Below are positions 22,407-37,400 of a stretch of DNA of 64,000 nt, piece by piece (the first letter of the stretch is position 1; every line of letters starts with the position of its first letter). Origin of the DNA: Leptogorgia sarmentosa (Eukaryota); assembly GCA_964658305.1 (NCBI GenBank), contig OZ210885.1:16678001-16742000 (forward strand). The letters are read 5' to 3'. The translations under genes were made by a program, and so were the position numbers. The notes beneath the pieces are model-generated. The model was not told the DNA's origin. It ran no database searches and worked only from the letters and a program-made list of their open reading frames with translations.

Positions 22407-25400
22407 CATCTGGAAATACTTTGTATTGTTGTTTTGCTAAATGTTATTTAATGCCTATTTGTAAATATACTTCCTTTCAATTTCAACTTCGGGGTTTTGT
22501 TATTGTTACACGATTAAAAAGTGTAACTTCCATCAACAAATGTGTACGACCGTACGAGTAGGAAAATACCGGTTCTCGTCTGATCACCGAAGTTAAGCCT
22601 AGGTGGGCACAGTTAGTAGTTGGATGGGTGACCACCTGGGAATACTTTGTGTTGTAGACTTGCTTCATTTTATTGTATGTGTGTTTGTAAATAGGTTTGC
22701 TTTCAATTTCAACTTCAGGGTTTTGTTATTGTTACACGTTTTAAAAGTGTAACTTCCATCAGCAAATGTCTACGACCATACCAGTAGGAAAATACCGGTT
22801 CTCGTCTGATCACCGAAGTTAAGCCTAGGTGGGCATAGTTAGTACTTGGATGGGTGACCACCTGGGAATACTTTGTGTTGTAGACTTGCTTCACTTTATT
22901 GTATGTGTGTTTGTAAATAGGTTTGCTTTCAATTTCATCTTCAGGGTTTTGTTATTGTTACACGTTTAAAAAGTGTTACTTCCATCAACAAATGTCTACG
23001 ACCATACCAGTAGGAAAATACCGGTTCTCGTCTGATCACTGAAGTTAAGCCTAGGTGGGCAAAGTTAGTACTTGGATGGGTGACCACCTGGGAATACTTT
23101 GTGTTGTAGACTTGCTTCATTTTATTGTATGTGTGTTTGTAAATAGGTTTGCTTTCAATTTCAACTTCAGAGTTTTGTTATTGTTACACGTTTAAAAAGT
23201 GTTACTTCCATCAACAAATGTCTACGACCATACCAGTAGGAAAATACCGGTTCTCGTCTGATCACCGAAGTTCAGCCTAGGTGGGCACAGTTAGTACTTG
23301 TATGGGTGACTACCTGGGAATACTTTGTGTTGTAGACTTGCTTCATTTTATTGTATGTGTGTTTGTAAATAGGTTTGCTTTCAATTTCAACTTCAGGGTT
23401 TTGTTATTGTTACACGTTTAAAAAGTGTAACTTCCATCAACAAATGTCTACGACCATACCAGTAGGAAAATACCGGTTCTCGTCTGATCACCGAAGTTAA
23501 GCCTAGGTGGGCAAAGTTAGTACTTGGATGGGTGACCACCTGGGAATACTTTGTGTTGTAGACTTGCTTCATTTTATTGTATGTGTGTTTGTAAATAGGT
23601 TTGCTTTCAATGTAAACTTCAGGGATTTTGTTATTGCTACATCTGGAAATACTTTGTATTGTTGTTTTGCTAAATGTTATTTAATGCCTATTTGTAAATA
23701 TAATTCCTTTCAATTTCAACTTCAGGGTTTTGTTATTGTTACACGTTTAAAAAGTGTAACTTCCATCAACAAATGTCTACGACCATACCAGTAGGAAAAT
23801 ACCGGTTCTCGTTTGATCACTGAAGTTAAGCCTACGTGGGCAAAGTTAGAACTTGGATGGGTGACTACCTGGGAATACTTTGTGTTGTAGACTTGCTTCA
23901 TTTTATTGTATGTGTGTTTGTAAATATAATTCCTTTCAATTTCAACTTCAGGGTTTTGTTATTGTTACACGTTTAAAAAGTGTAACTTCCATCAACAATT
24001 GTCTACGACCATACCAGTAGGAAAATACCGGTTCTCGTCTGATCACCGAAGTTAAGCCTAGGTGGGCAAAGTTAGTACTTGGATGGGTGACTACCTGGGA
24101 ATACTTTGTGTTGTAGACTTGCTTCATTTTATTGTATGCGTGTTTGTAAATAGGTTTGCTTTCAATTTCAACTTCAGGGTTTTGTTATTGTTACACGTTG
24201 AAAAAGTGTAACTTCCATCAACAAATGTCTACGACCATACCAGTAGGAAAATACCGGTTCTCGTCTGATCACCAAAGTTAAGCCTAGGTGGGCAAAGTTA
24301 GTAGTTGGATGGGTGACCACCTGGGAATATTTTGTGTTGTAGACTTGCTTCATTTTATTGTATGTCTGTTTGTAAATAGGTTTGCTTTCAATTTCAACTT
24401 CAGGGTTTTGTTATTGTTACACGTTTAAAAAGTGTAACTTCCATCAACAAATGTCTACGACCATACCAGTGGGAAAATACCGGTTCTCGTCTGATCACCG
24501 AAGTTAAGCCTAGGTGGGCAAAGTTAGTAGTTGGATGGGTGACCACCTGGGAATACTTTGTGTTGTAGACTTGCTTCATTTTATTGTATGTGTGTTTGTA
24601 AATAGGTTTGCTTGGAATTTCAACTTCAGGGTTTTTTATTGTTACACGTTTAAAAAGTGTAACTTCCATCAACAAATGTCTACGACCATACCAGTAGGAA
24701 AATACCGGTTCTCGTCTGATCACCGAAGTTAAGCCTAGGTGGGCAAAGTTAGTAGTTGGATGGGTGACCACCTGGGAATACTTTGTGTTGTAGACTTGCT
24801 TCTTTTTATTGTATGTGTGCTTGTAAATAGGTTTGCTTTCAATTTCAACTTCAGGGTTTTGTTATTGTTACACGTTTAAAAAGTGTTACTTCCATCAACA
24901 AATGTCTACGACCATACCTGTAGGAAAATACCGGTTCTCGTCTGATGACCGAAGTTAAGCCTAGGTGGGCAAAGTTAGTACTTGGATGGGTGACTACCTG
25001 GGAATACTTTGTGTTGTAGACTTGCTTCATTTTATTGTATGTGTGTTTGTAAATATAATTCCTTTCAATTTCAACTTCAGGGTTTTGTTATTGTTACACG
25101 TTTAAAAAGTGTTACTTCCATCGGCAAATGTCTACGACCATACCAGTAGGAAAATACCGGTTCTCGTCTGATCACCGAATTTAAGCCTAGGTGGGGAAAG
25201 TTAGTACTTGGATGGGTGACCACCTGGGAATACTTTTTTTTGTAGACTTGCTTCATTTTATTGTATGTGTGTTTGCAAATAGGTTTGCTTTCAATGTAAA
25301 CTTCAGGGATTTTGTTATTGCTACATCTGGAAATACTTTGTATTGTTGTGTTGCTAAATGTTATTTAATGCCTATTTGTAAATATAATTCCTTTCAATTT

Positions 25401-28400
25401 CAACTTCAGGGTTTTGTTATTGTTACACGTTTAAAAAGTGTAACTTCCATCAACAAATGTCTACGACCGTACGAGTAGGAACATACCGGTTCTCGTCTGA
25501 TCACCGAAGTTAAGCCTACGTGGGCAACGTTAGTACTTGGATGGGTGACTACCTGGGAATAATTTGTGTTGTAGACTTGCTTCATTTTATTGTATGTGTG
25601 TTTGTAAATAGGTTTGCTTTCAATTTCAACTTCAGGGTTTTGTTATTGTTACACATTTAAAAAGTGTTACTTCCATCAACAAATGTCTACGACCATACCA
25701 GTAGGAAAATACCGGTTCTCGTCTGATCACCGAAGTTCAGCCTAGGTGGGCACAGTTAGTACTTGTATGGGTGAGTACCTGGGAATACTTTGTGTTGTAG
25801 ACTTGCTTCATTTTATTGTATGTGTGTTTGTAAATAGGTTTGCTTTCAATTGCAACTTCAGGGTTTTGTTATTGTTACACGTTTAAAAAGTGTAACTTCC
25901 ATCAACAAATGTCTACGACCATACCAGTAGGAAAATACCGGTTCTCGTTTGATCACTGAAGTTAAGCCTACGTGGGCAAAGTTAGTACTTGGATGGGTGA
26001 CTACCTGGGAATACTTTCTGTTGTAGACTTGCTTCATTTTATTGTATGTGTGTTTGTAAATATAATTCCTTTCAATTTCAACTTCAGGGTTTTTTTATTG
26101 TTACACGTTTAAAAAGTGTAACTTCCATCAACAATTGTCTACGACCATACCAGTAGGAAAATACCGGTTCTCGTCTGATCACCGAAGTTAAGCCTAGGTG
26201 GGCAAAGTTAGTACTTGGATGGGTGACTACCTGGGAATACTTTGTGTTGTAGACTTGCTTCATTTTATTGTATGTGTGTTTGTAAATAGGTTTGCTTTCA
26301 ATTTCAACTTCAGAGTTTTGTTATTGTTACACGTTTAAAAAGTGTTACTTCCATCAACAAATGTCTACGACCATACCAGTAGGAAAATACCGGTTCTCGT
26401 CTGATCACCGAAGTTCAGCCTAGGTGGGCACAGTTAGTACTTGTATGGGTGACTACCTGGGAATACTTTGTGTTGTAGACTTGCTTCATTTTATTGTATG
26501 TGTGTTTGTAAATAGGTTTGCTTTCAATTTCAACTTCAGGGTTTTGTTATTGTTACACGTTTAAAAAGTGTAACTTCCATCAACAAATGTCTACGACCAT
26601 ACCAGTAGGAAAATACCGGTTCTCGTCTGATCACCGAAGTTAAGCCTAGGTGGGCAAAGTTAGTAGTTGGATGGGTGACCACCTGGGAATACTTTGTGTT
26701 GTAGACTTGCTTCTTTTTATTGTATGTGTGCTTGTAAATAGGTTTGCTTTCAATTTCAACTTCAGGGTTTTGTTATTGTTACACGTTTAAAAAGTGTTAC
26801 TTCCATCAACAAATGTCTACGACCATACCTGTAGGAAAATACCGGTTCTCGTCTGATGACCGAAGTTAAGCCTAGGTGGGCAAAGTTAGTACTTGGATGG
26901 GTGACTACCTGGGAATACTTTGTGTTGTAGACTTGCTTCATTTTATTGTATGTTTGTTTGTAAATATAATTCCTTTCAATTTCAACTTCAGGGTTTTGTT
27001 ATTGTTACACGTTTAAAAAGTGTAACTTCCATCAACAAATGTCTACGACCATACCAGTAGGAAAATACCGGTTCTCGTCTGATCACCGAAGTTAAGCCTA
27101 GGTGGGCAAAGTTAGTACTTGGATGGGTGACCACCTGGGAATACTTTGTGTTGTAGACTTGCTTCATTTTATTGTATGTGTGTTTGTAAATAGGTTTGCT
27201 TTCAATTTCAACTTCAGGGTTTTGTTATTGTTACACGTTTAAAAAGTGTAACTTCCATCAACAAATGTCTACGACCATACCAGTAGGAAAATACCGGTTC
27301 TCGTCTGATCACCGAAGTTAAGCCTAGGTGGGCAAAGTTAGTACTTGGATGGGTGACCACCTGGGAATACTTTGTGTTGTAGACTTGCTTCATTTTATTG
27401 TATGTGTGTTTGTAAATAGGTTTGCTTTCAATTTCAACTTCAGGGTTTTGTTATTATTACACGTTGAAAAAGTGTAACTTCCATCAACAAATGTCTACGA
27501 CCATACCAGTAGGAAAATACCGGTTCTCGTCTGATCACCAAAGTTAAGCCTAGGTGGGCAAAGTTAGTAGTTGGATGGGTGACCACCTGGGAATATTTTG
27601 TGTTGTAGACTTGCTTCATTTTATTGTATGTCTGTTTGTAAATAGGTTTGCTTTCAATTTCAACTTCAGGGTTTTGTTATTGTTACACGTTCAAAAAGTG
27701 TAACTTCCATCAACAAATGTCTACAACCATACCAGTGGGAAAATACCGGTTCTCGTCTGATCACCGAAGTTAAGCCTAGGTGGGCAAAGTTAGTAGTTGG
27801 ATGGGTGACCACCTGGGAATACTTTGTGTTGTAGACTTGCTTCATTTTATTGTATGTGTGTTTGTAAATAGGTTTGCTTGGAATTTCAACTTCAGGGTTT
27901 TGTTATTGTTACACGTTTAAAAAGTGTAACTTCCATCAACAAATGTCTACGACCATACCAGTAGGAAAATACCGGTTCTCGTCTGATCACCGAAGTTAAG
28001 CCTAGGTGGGCAAAGTTAGTAGTTGGATGGGTGACCACCTGGGAATACTTTGTGTTGTAGACTTGCTTCTTTTTATTGTATGTGTGCTTGTAAATAGGTT
28101 TGCTTTCAATTTCAACTTCAGGGTTTTGTTATTGTTACACGTTGAAAAAGTGTAACTTCCATCAACAAATGTCTACGACCATACCAGTAGGAAAATACCG
28201 GTTCTCGTCCGATCACCAAAGTTAAGCCTAGGTGGGCAAAGTTAGTAGTTGGATGGGTGACCACCTGGGAATATTTTGTGTTGTAGACTTGCTTCATTTT
28301 ATTGTATGTCTGTTTGTAAATAGGTTTGCTTTCAATTTCAACTTCAGGGTTTTGTTATTGTTACACGTTTAAAAAGTGTAACTTCCATCAACAAATGTCT

Positions 28401-31400
28401 ACGACCATACCAGTGGGAAAATACCGGTTCTCGTCTGATCACCGAAGTTAAGCCTAGGTGGGCAAAGTTAGTAGTTGGATGGGTGACCACCTGGGAATAC
28501 TTTGTGTTGTAGACTTGCTTCATTTTATTGTATGTGTGTTTGTAAATAGGTTTGCTTGGAATTTCAACTTCAGGGTTTTTTATTGTTACACGTTTAAAAA
28601 GTGTAACTTCCATCAACAAATGTCTACGACCATACCAGTAGGAAAATACCGGTTCTCGTCTGATCACCGAAGTTAAGCCTAGGTGGGCAAAGTTAGTAGT
28701 TGGATGGGTGACCACCTGGGAATACTTTGTGTTGTAGACTTGCTTCTTTTTATTGTATGTGTGCTTGTAAATAGGTTTGCTTTCAATTTCAACTTCAGGG
28801 TTTTGTTATTGTTACACGTTTAAAAAGTGTTACTTCCATCAACAAATGTCTACGACCATACCTGTAGGAAAATACCGGTTCTCGTCTGATGACCGAAGTT
28901 AAGCCTAGGTGGGCAAAGTTAGTACTTGGATGGGTGACTACCTGGGAATACTTTGTGTTGTAGACTTGCTTCATTTTATTGTATGTGTGTTTGTAAATAT
29001 AATTCCTTTCAATTTCAACTTCAGGGTTTTGTTATTGTTACACGTTTAAAAAGTGTTACTTCCATCGGCAAATGTCTACGACCATACCAGTAGGAAAATA
29101 CCGGTTCTCGTCTGATCACCGAAGTTAAGCCTAGGTGGGGAAAGTTAGTACTTGGATGGGTGACCACCTGGGAATACTTTTTTTTGTAGACTTGCTTCAT
29201 TTTATTGTATGTGTGTTTGCAAATAGGTTTGCTTTCAATGTAAACTTCAGGGATTTTGTTATTGCTACATCTGGAAATACTTTGTATTGTTGTGTTGCTA
29301 AATGTTATTTAATGCCTATTTGTAAATATAATTCCTTTCAATTTCAACTTCAGGGTTTTGTTATTGTTACACGTTTAAAAAGTGTAACTTCCATCAACAA
29401 ATGTCTACGACCGTACGAGTAGGAACATACCGGTTCTCGTCTGATCACCGAAGTTAAGCCTACGTGGGCAACGTTAGTACTTGGATGGGTGACTACCTGG
29501 GAATAATTTGTGTTGTAGACTTGCTTCATTTTATTGTATGTGTGTTTGTAAATAGGTTTGCTTTCAATTTCAACTTCAGGGTTTTGTTATTGTTACACGT
29601 TTAAAAAGTGTTACTTCCATCAACAAATGTCTACGACCATACCAGTAGGAAAATACCGGTTCTCGTCTGATCACCGAAGTTCAGCCTAGGTGGGCACAGT
29701 TAGTACTTGTATGGGTGACTACCTGGGAATACTTTGTGTTGTAGACTTGCTTCATTTTATTGTATGTGTGTTTGTAAATAGGTTTGCTTTCAATTGCAAC
29801 TTCAGGGTTTTGTTATTGTTACACGTTTAAAAAGTGTAACTTCCATCAACAAATGTCTACGACCATACCAGTAGGAAAATACCGGTTCTCGTTTGATCAC
29901 TGAAGTTAAGCCTACGTGGGCAAAGTTAGTACTTGGATGGGTGACTACCTGGGAATACTTTCTGTTGTAGACTTGCTTCATTTTATTGTATGTGTGTTTG
30001 TAAATATAATTCCTTTCAATTTCAACTTCAGGGTTTTTTTATTGTTACACGTTTAAAAAGTGTAACTTCCATCAACAATTGTCTACGACCATACCAGTAG
30101 GAAAATACCGGTTCTCGTCTGATCACCGAAGTTAAGCCTAGGTGGGCAAAGTTAGTACTTGGATGGGTGACTACCTGGGAATACTTTGTGTTGTAGACTT
30201 GCTTCATTTTATTGTATGTGTGTTTGTAAATAGGTTTGCTTTCAATTTCAACTTCAGAGTTTTGTTATTGTTACACGTTTAAAAAGTGTTACTTCCATCA
30301 ACAAATGTCTACGACCATACCAGTAGGAAAATACCGGTTCTCGTCTGATCACCGAAGTTCAGCCTAGGTGGGCACAGTTAGTACTTGTATGGGTGACTAC
30401 CTGGGAATACTTTGTGTTGTAGACTTGCTTCATTTTATTGTATGTGTGTTTGTAAATAGGTTTGCTTTCAATTTCAACTTCAGGGTTTTGTTATTGTTAC
30501 ACGTTTAAAAAGTGTAACTTCCATCAACAAATGTCTACGACCATACCAGTAGGAAAATACCGGTTCTCGTCTGATCACCGAAGTTAAGCCTAGGTGGGCA
30601 AAGTTAGTAGTTGGATGGGTGACCACCTGGGAATACTTTGTGTTGTAGACTTGCTTCTTTTTATTGTATGTGTGCTTGTAAATAGGTTTGCTTTCAATTT
30701 CAACTTCAGGGTTTTGTTATTGTTACACGTTTAAAAAGTGTTACTTCCATCAACAAATGTCTACGACCATACCTGTAGGAAAATACCGGTTCTCGTCTGA
30801 TGACCGAAGTTAAGCCTAGGTGGGCAAAGTTAGTACTTGGATGGGTGACTACCTGGGAATACTTTGTGTTGTAGACTTGCTTCATTTTATTGTATGTGTG
30901 TTTGTAAATATAATTCCTTTCAATTTCAACTACAGGGTTTTGTTATTGTTACACGTTTAAAAAGTGTAACTTCCATCAACAAATGTCTACGACCATACCA
31001 GTAGGAAAATACCGGTTCTCGTCTGATCACCGAAGTTAAGCCTAGGTGGGCAAAGTTAGTACTTGGATGGGTGACCACCTGGGAATACTTTGTGTTGTAG
31101 ACTTGCTTCATTTTATTGTATGTGTGTTTCTAAATAGGTTTGCTTTCAATGTAAACTTCAGGGATTTTGTTATTGCTACATCTGGAAATACTTTGTATTG
31201 TTGTTTTGCTAAATGTTATCTAATGCCTATTTGTAAATATAATTCCTTTCAATTTCAACTTCAGGGTTTTGTTATTGTTACACGTTTAAAAAGTGTTACT
31301 TCCATCAACAAATGTCTACGACCGTACGAGTAGGAAAATACCGGTTCTCGTCTGATCACCGAAGTTAAGCCTAGGTGGGCAAAGTTAGTAGTTGGATGGG

Positions 31401-34400
31401 TGACCACCTGGTAATACTTTGTGTTGTAGACTTGCTTCATTTTATTGTATGTGTGTTTGTAAATAGGTTTGCTTTCAATTTCAACTTCAGGGTTTTGTTA
31501 TTGTTACACGTTTAAAAAGTGTAACTTCCATCAACAAATGTCTACGACCATACCAGTAGGAAAATACCGGTTCTCGTCTGATCACCGAAGTTAAGCCTAG
31601 GTGGGCAAAGTTAGTACTTGGATGGGTGACCACCTGGGAATACTTTGTGTTGTAGACTTGCTTCATTTTATTGTATGTGTGTTTGTAAATAGGTTTGCTT
31701 TCAATTTCAACTTCAGGGTTTTGTTATTATTACACGTTGAAAAAGTGTAACTTCCATCAACAAATGTCTACGACCATACCAGTAGGAAAATACCGGTTCT
31801 CGTCTGATCACCAAAGTTAAGCCTAGGTGGGCAAAGTTAGTAGTTGGATGGGTGACCACCTGGGAATATTTTGTGTTGTAGACTTGCTTCATTTTATTGT
31901 ATGTCTGTTTGTAAATAGGTTTGCTTTCAATTTCAACTTCAGGGTTTTGTTATTGTTACACGTTCAAAAAGTGTAACTTCCATCAACAAATGTCTACAAC
32001 CATACCAGTGGGAAAATACCGGTTCTCGTCTGATCACCGAAGTTAAGCCTAGGTGGGCAAAGTTAGTAGTTGGATGGGTGACCACCTGGGAATACTTTGT
32101 GTTGTAGACTTGCTTCATTTTATTGTATGTGTGTTTGTAAATAGGTTTGCTTGGAATTTCAACTTCAGGGTTTTGTTATTGTTACACGTTTAAAAAGTGT
32201 AACTTCCATCAACAAATGTCTACGACCATACCAGTAGGAAAATACCGGTTCTCGTCTGATCACCGAAGTTAAGCCTAGGTGGGCAAAGTTAGTAGTTGGA
32301 TGGGTGACCACCTGGGAATACTTTGTGTTGTAGACTTGCTTCTTTTTATTGTATGTGTGCTTGTAAATAGGTTTGCTTTCAATTTCAACTTCAGGGTTTT
32401 GTTATTGTTACACGTTTAAAAAGTGTTACTTCCATCAACAAATGTCTACGACCATACCTGTAGGAAAATACCGGTTCTCGTCTGATGACCGAAGTTAAGC
32501 CTAGGTGGGCAAAGTTAGTACTTGGATGGGTGACTACCTGGGAATACTTTGTGTTGTAGACTTGCTTCATTTTATTGTATGTGTGTTTGTAAATATAATT
32601 CCTTTCAATTTCAACTTCAGGGTTTTGTTATTGTTACACGTTTAAAAAGTGTTACTTCCATCGGCAAATGTCTACGACCATACCAGTAGGAAAATACCGG
32701 TTCTCGTCTGATCACCGAAGTTAAGCCTAGGTGGGCAAGTTAGTACTTGGATGGGTGACCACCTGGGAATACTTTGTGTTGTAGACTTGCTTCATTTTAT
32801 TGTATGTGTGTTTGTAAATAGGTTTGCTTTCAATTTCAACTTCAGGGATTTGTTATTGTTACACGTTTAAAAAGTGTTACTTCCATGAACAAATGTCTAC
32901 GACCATACCAGTAGGAAAATACCGGTTCTCGTCTGATCACCGAAGTTAAGCCTAGGTGGGGAAAGTTAGTACTTGGATGGGTGACCACCTGGGAATACTT
33001 TTTTTTGTAGACTTGCTTCATTTTATTGTATGTGTGTTTGCAAATAGGTTTGCTTTCAATGTAAACTTCAGGGATTTTGTTATTGCTACATCTGGAAATA
33101 CTTTGTATTGTTGTTTTGCTAAATGTTATTTAATGCCTATTTGTAAATATACTTCCTTTCAATTTCAACTTCGGGGTTTTGTTATTGTTACACGATTAAA
33201 AAGTGTAACTTCCATCAACAAATGTGTACGACCGTACGAGTAGGAAAATACCGGTTCTCGTCTGATCACCGAAGTTAAGCCTAGGTGGGCACAGTTAGTA
33301 GTTGGATGGGTGACCACCTGGGAATACTTTGTGTTGTAGACTTGCTTCATTTTATTGTATGTGTGTTTGTAAATAGGTTTGCTTTCAATTTCAACTTCAG
33401 GGATTTGTTATTGTTACACGTTTTAAAAGTGTAACTTCCATCAGCAAATGTCTACGACCATACCAGTAGGAAAATACCGGTTCTCGTCTGATCACCGAAG
33501 TTAAGCCTAGGTGGGCAAAGTTAGTACTTGGATGGGTGACCACCTGGGAATACTTTGTGTTGTAGACTTGCTTCATTTTATTGTATGTGTGTTTGTAAAT
33601 AGGTTTGCTTTCAATTTCATCTTCAGGGTTTTGTTATTGTTACACGTTTAAAAAGTGTTACTTCCATCAACAAATGTCTACGACCATACCAGTAGGAAAA
33701 TACCGGTTCTCGTCTGATCACCGAAGTTAAGCCTAGGTGGGGAAAGTTAGTACTTGGATGGGTGACCACCTGGGAATACTTTTTTTTGTAGACTTGCTTC
33801 ATTTTATTGTATGTGTGTTTGCAAATAGGTTTGCTTTCAATGTAAACTTCAGGGATTTTGTTATTGCTACATCTGGAAATACTTTGTATTGTTGTTTTGC
33901 TAAATGTTATTTAATGCCTATTTGTAAATATACTTCCTTTCAATTTCAACTTCGGGGTTTTGTTATTGTTACACGATTAAAAAGTGTAACTTCCATCAAC
34001 AAATGTGTACGACCGTACGAGTAGGAAAATACCGGTTCTCGTCTGATCACCGAAGTTAAGCCTAGGTGGGCACAGTTAGTAGTTGGATGGGTGACCACCT
34101 GGGAATACTTTGTGTTGTAGACTTGCTTCATTTTATTGTATGTGTGTTTGTAAATAGGTTTGCTTTCAATTTCAACTTCAGGGATTTGTTATTGTTACAC
34201 GTTTTAAAAGTGTAACTTCCATCAGCAAATGTCTACGACCATACCAGTAGGAAAATACCGGTTCTCGTCTGATCACCGAAGTTAAGCCTAGGTGGGCAAA
34301 GTTAGTACTTGGATGGGTGACCACCTGGGAATACTTTGTGTTGTAGACTTGCTTCATTTTATTGTATGTGTGTTTGTAAATAGGTTTGCTTTCAATTTCA

Positions 34401-37400
34401 TCTTCAGGGTTTTGTTATTGTTACACGTTTAAAAAGTGTTACTTCCATCAACAAATGTCTACGACCATACCAGTAGGAAAATACCGGTTCTCGTCTGATC
34501 ACCGAAGTTAAGCCTAGGTGGGCAAAGTTAGTACTTGGATGGGTGACTACCTGGGAATACTTTGTGTTGTAGACTTGCTTCATTTTATTGTATGTGTGTT
34601 TGTAAATATAATTCCTTTCAATTTCAACTTCAGGGTTTTGTTATTGTTACACGTTTAAAAAGTGTAACTTCCATCAACAATTGTCTACGACCATACCAGT
34701 AGGAAAATACCGGTTCTCGTCTGATCACAGAAGTTAAGCCTAGGTGGGCAAGGTTAGTAGTTGGATGGGTGACCACCTGGGAATATTTTGTGTTGTACAC
34801 TTGCTTCATTTTATTGTATGTGTGTTTCTAAATAGGTTTGCTTTCAATTTCAACTTCAGGGTTTTCTTATTGTTACACGTTTAAAAAGTGTAACTTCCAT
34901 CAACAAATGTCTACGACCATACCAGTAGCAAAATACCGGTTCTCGTCTGATCACCGAAGTTAACCCTAGGTGGGCAAAGTTAGTAGTTGGATGGGTGACC
35001 ACCTGGGAATACTTTGTGTTGTAGACTTGCTTCATTTTATTGTATGTGTGTTTGTAAATAGGTTTGCTTGGAATTTCAACTTCAGGGTTTTGTTATTGTT
35101 ACACGTTTAAAAAGTGTAACTTCCATCAACAGATGTCTACGACCATACCTGTAGGAAAATACCGGTTCTCCTCTGATCACCGAAGTTAAGCCTAGGTGGG
35201 AAAAGTTAGTAGTTGTATGGGTGACCACCTGGGAGTACTTTGTGTTGTAGACTTGCTTCATTTTATTGTATGTGTGTTTGTAAATAGGTTTGCTTTCAAT
35301 TTCAACTTCAGGATTTTTTTATTGTTACACGTTAAAAAAGTGTAACTTCCATCAACAAATGTCTACCACCATACCAGTAGGAAAATACCGGTTCTCGTCT
35401 GATCACCGAAGTTAAGCCTAGGTGGGCAAAGTTAGTACTTGGATGGGTGACCACCTGGGAATATTTTGTGTTGTAGACTTGCTTCATTTTATTGTATGTG
35501 TGTTTGTAAATAGGTTTGCTTTCAATTTCAACTTGAGGGTTTTCTTATTGTTACATGTTCAAAAAGTGTAACTTCCATCAACAAATGTCTACGACCATAC
35601 CAGCAGGAAAATACCGGTTCTCGTCTGATCACCGAAGTTAAGCCTAGGTGGGCAAGTTAGTACTTGGATGGGTGACCACCTGGGAATACTTTGTTTTGTA
35701 GACTTGCTTCATTTTATTGTATGTGTGTTTGTAAATAGGTTTGCTTTCAATTTCAACTTTAGGGTTTTGTTATTGTTACACGTTTAAAAAGTGTAACTTC
35801 CATCAACAAATGTCTACGACCATACCAGTAGGAAAATACCGGTTCTCGTCTGATCACCGAAGTTAACCCTAGGTGGGCAAAGTTAGTAGTTGGATGGGTG
35901 ACCACCTGGGAATACTTTGTGTTGTAGACTTGCTTCATTTTATTGTATGTGTGTTTGTAAATAGGTTTGCTTGGAATTTCAACTTCAGGGTTTTGTTATT
36001 GTTACACGTTTAAAAAGTGTAACTTCCATCAACAGATGTCTACGACCATACCTGTAGGAAAATACCGGTTCTCCTCTGATCACCGAAGTTAAGCCTAGGT
36101 GGGAAAAGTTAGTAGTTGTATGGGTGACCACCTGGGAATACTTTGTGTTGTCGACTTGCTTCATTTTATTGTATGTGTGTTTGTAAATAGGTTTGCTTTC
36201 AATTTCAACTTCAGGGTTTTGTTATTGTTACACGTTTAAAAAGTGTTACTTCCATCAACAAATGTCTACGACCATACTAGTAGGAAAATACCGGTCCTCG
36301 TCTGATCACCGAAGTTAAGCCTAGGTGGGCAAGGTTAGTAGTTGGATGGGTGACCACCTGGGAATATTTTGTGTTGTACACTTGCTTCATTTTATTGTAT
36401 GTGTGTTTCTAAATAGGTTTGCTTTCAATTTCAACTTCAGGGTTTTGTTATTGTTACACGTTTAAAAAGTGTTACTTCCATCAACAAATGTCTACGACCA
36501 TACCTGTAGGAAAATACCGGTTCTCGTCTGATCACCGAAGTTAAGCCTAGGTGGGAAAAGTTAGTAGTTGTATGGATGACCACCTGGGAATACTTTGTGT
36601 TGTAGACTTGCTTCATTTTATTGTATGTGTGTTTGTAAATAGGTTTGCTTTCAATTTCAACTTCAGGGTTTTGTTATTGTTACACGTTTAAAAAGTGTTA
36701 CTTCCATCAACAAATGTCTACGACCATACCTGTAGGAAAATACCGGTTCTCGTCTGATCACCGAAGTGAAGCCTAGATGGGCAAAGTTAGTAGTTGTATG
36801 GGTGACCACCTGGGAATACTTTGTGTTGTAGACTTGCTTCATTTTATTGTATGTGTGTTTGTAAATAGGTTTGCTTTCAATTTCAACTTCAGGGTTTTGT
36901 TATTGTTACACGTTTAAAAAGTGTTACTTCCATCAACAAATGTCTACGACCATACCAGTAGGAAAATACCGGTTCTCGTCTGATCACCGAAATTAAGCCT
37001 AGGTGGGCAAGGTTAGTAGTTGGATGGGTGACCCCCTGGGAATATTTTGTGTTGTACACTTGCTTCATTTTATTGTATGTGTGTTTCTAAATAGGTTTGC
37101 TTTCAATTTCAACTTCAGGGTTTTGTTATTGTTACACGTTTAAAAAGTGTTACTTCCATCAACAAATGTCTACGACCATACAAGTAGGAAAATACCGGTT
37201 CTCGTCTGATCACCGAAGTAAAGAATAGGTGGGCAATGTTAGTACTTGGATGGGTGACTACCTGGGAATACTTTGTGTTGTAGACTTGCTTCATTTCATT
37301 GTATGTGTGTTTGTAAATAGGTTTGCTTTCAATTTCAACTTCAGGGTTTTGTTATTGTTACACGTTTAAAAAGTGTAACTTCCATCAAAGAATGTCTACG

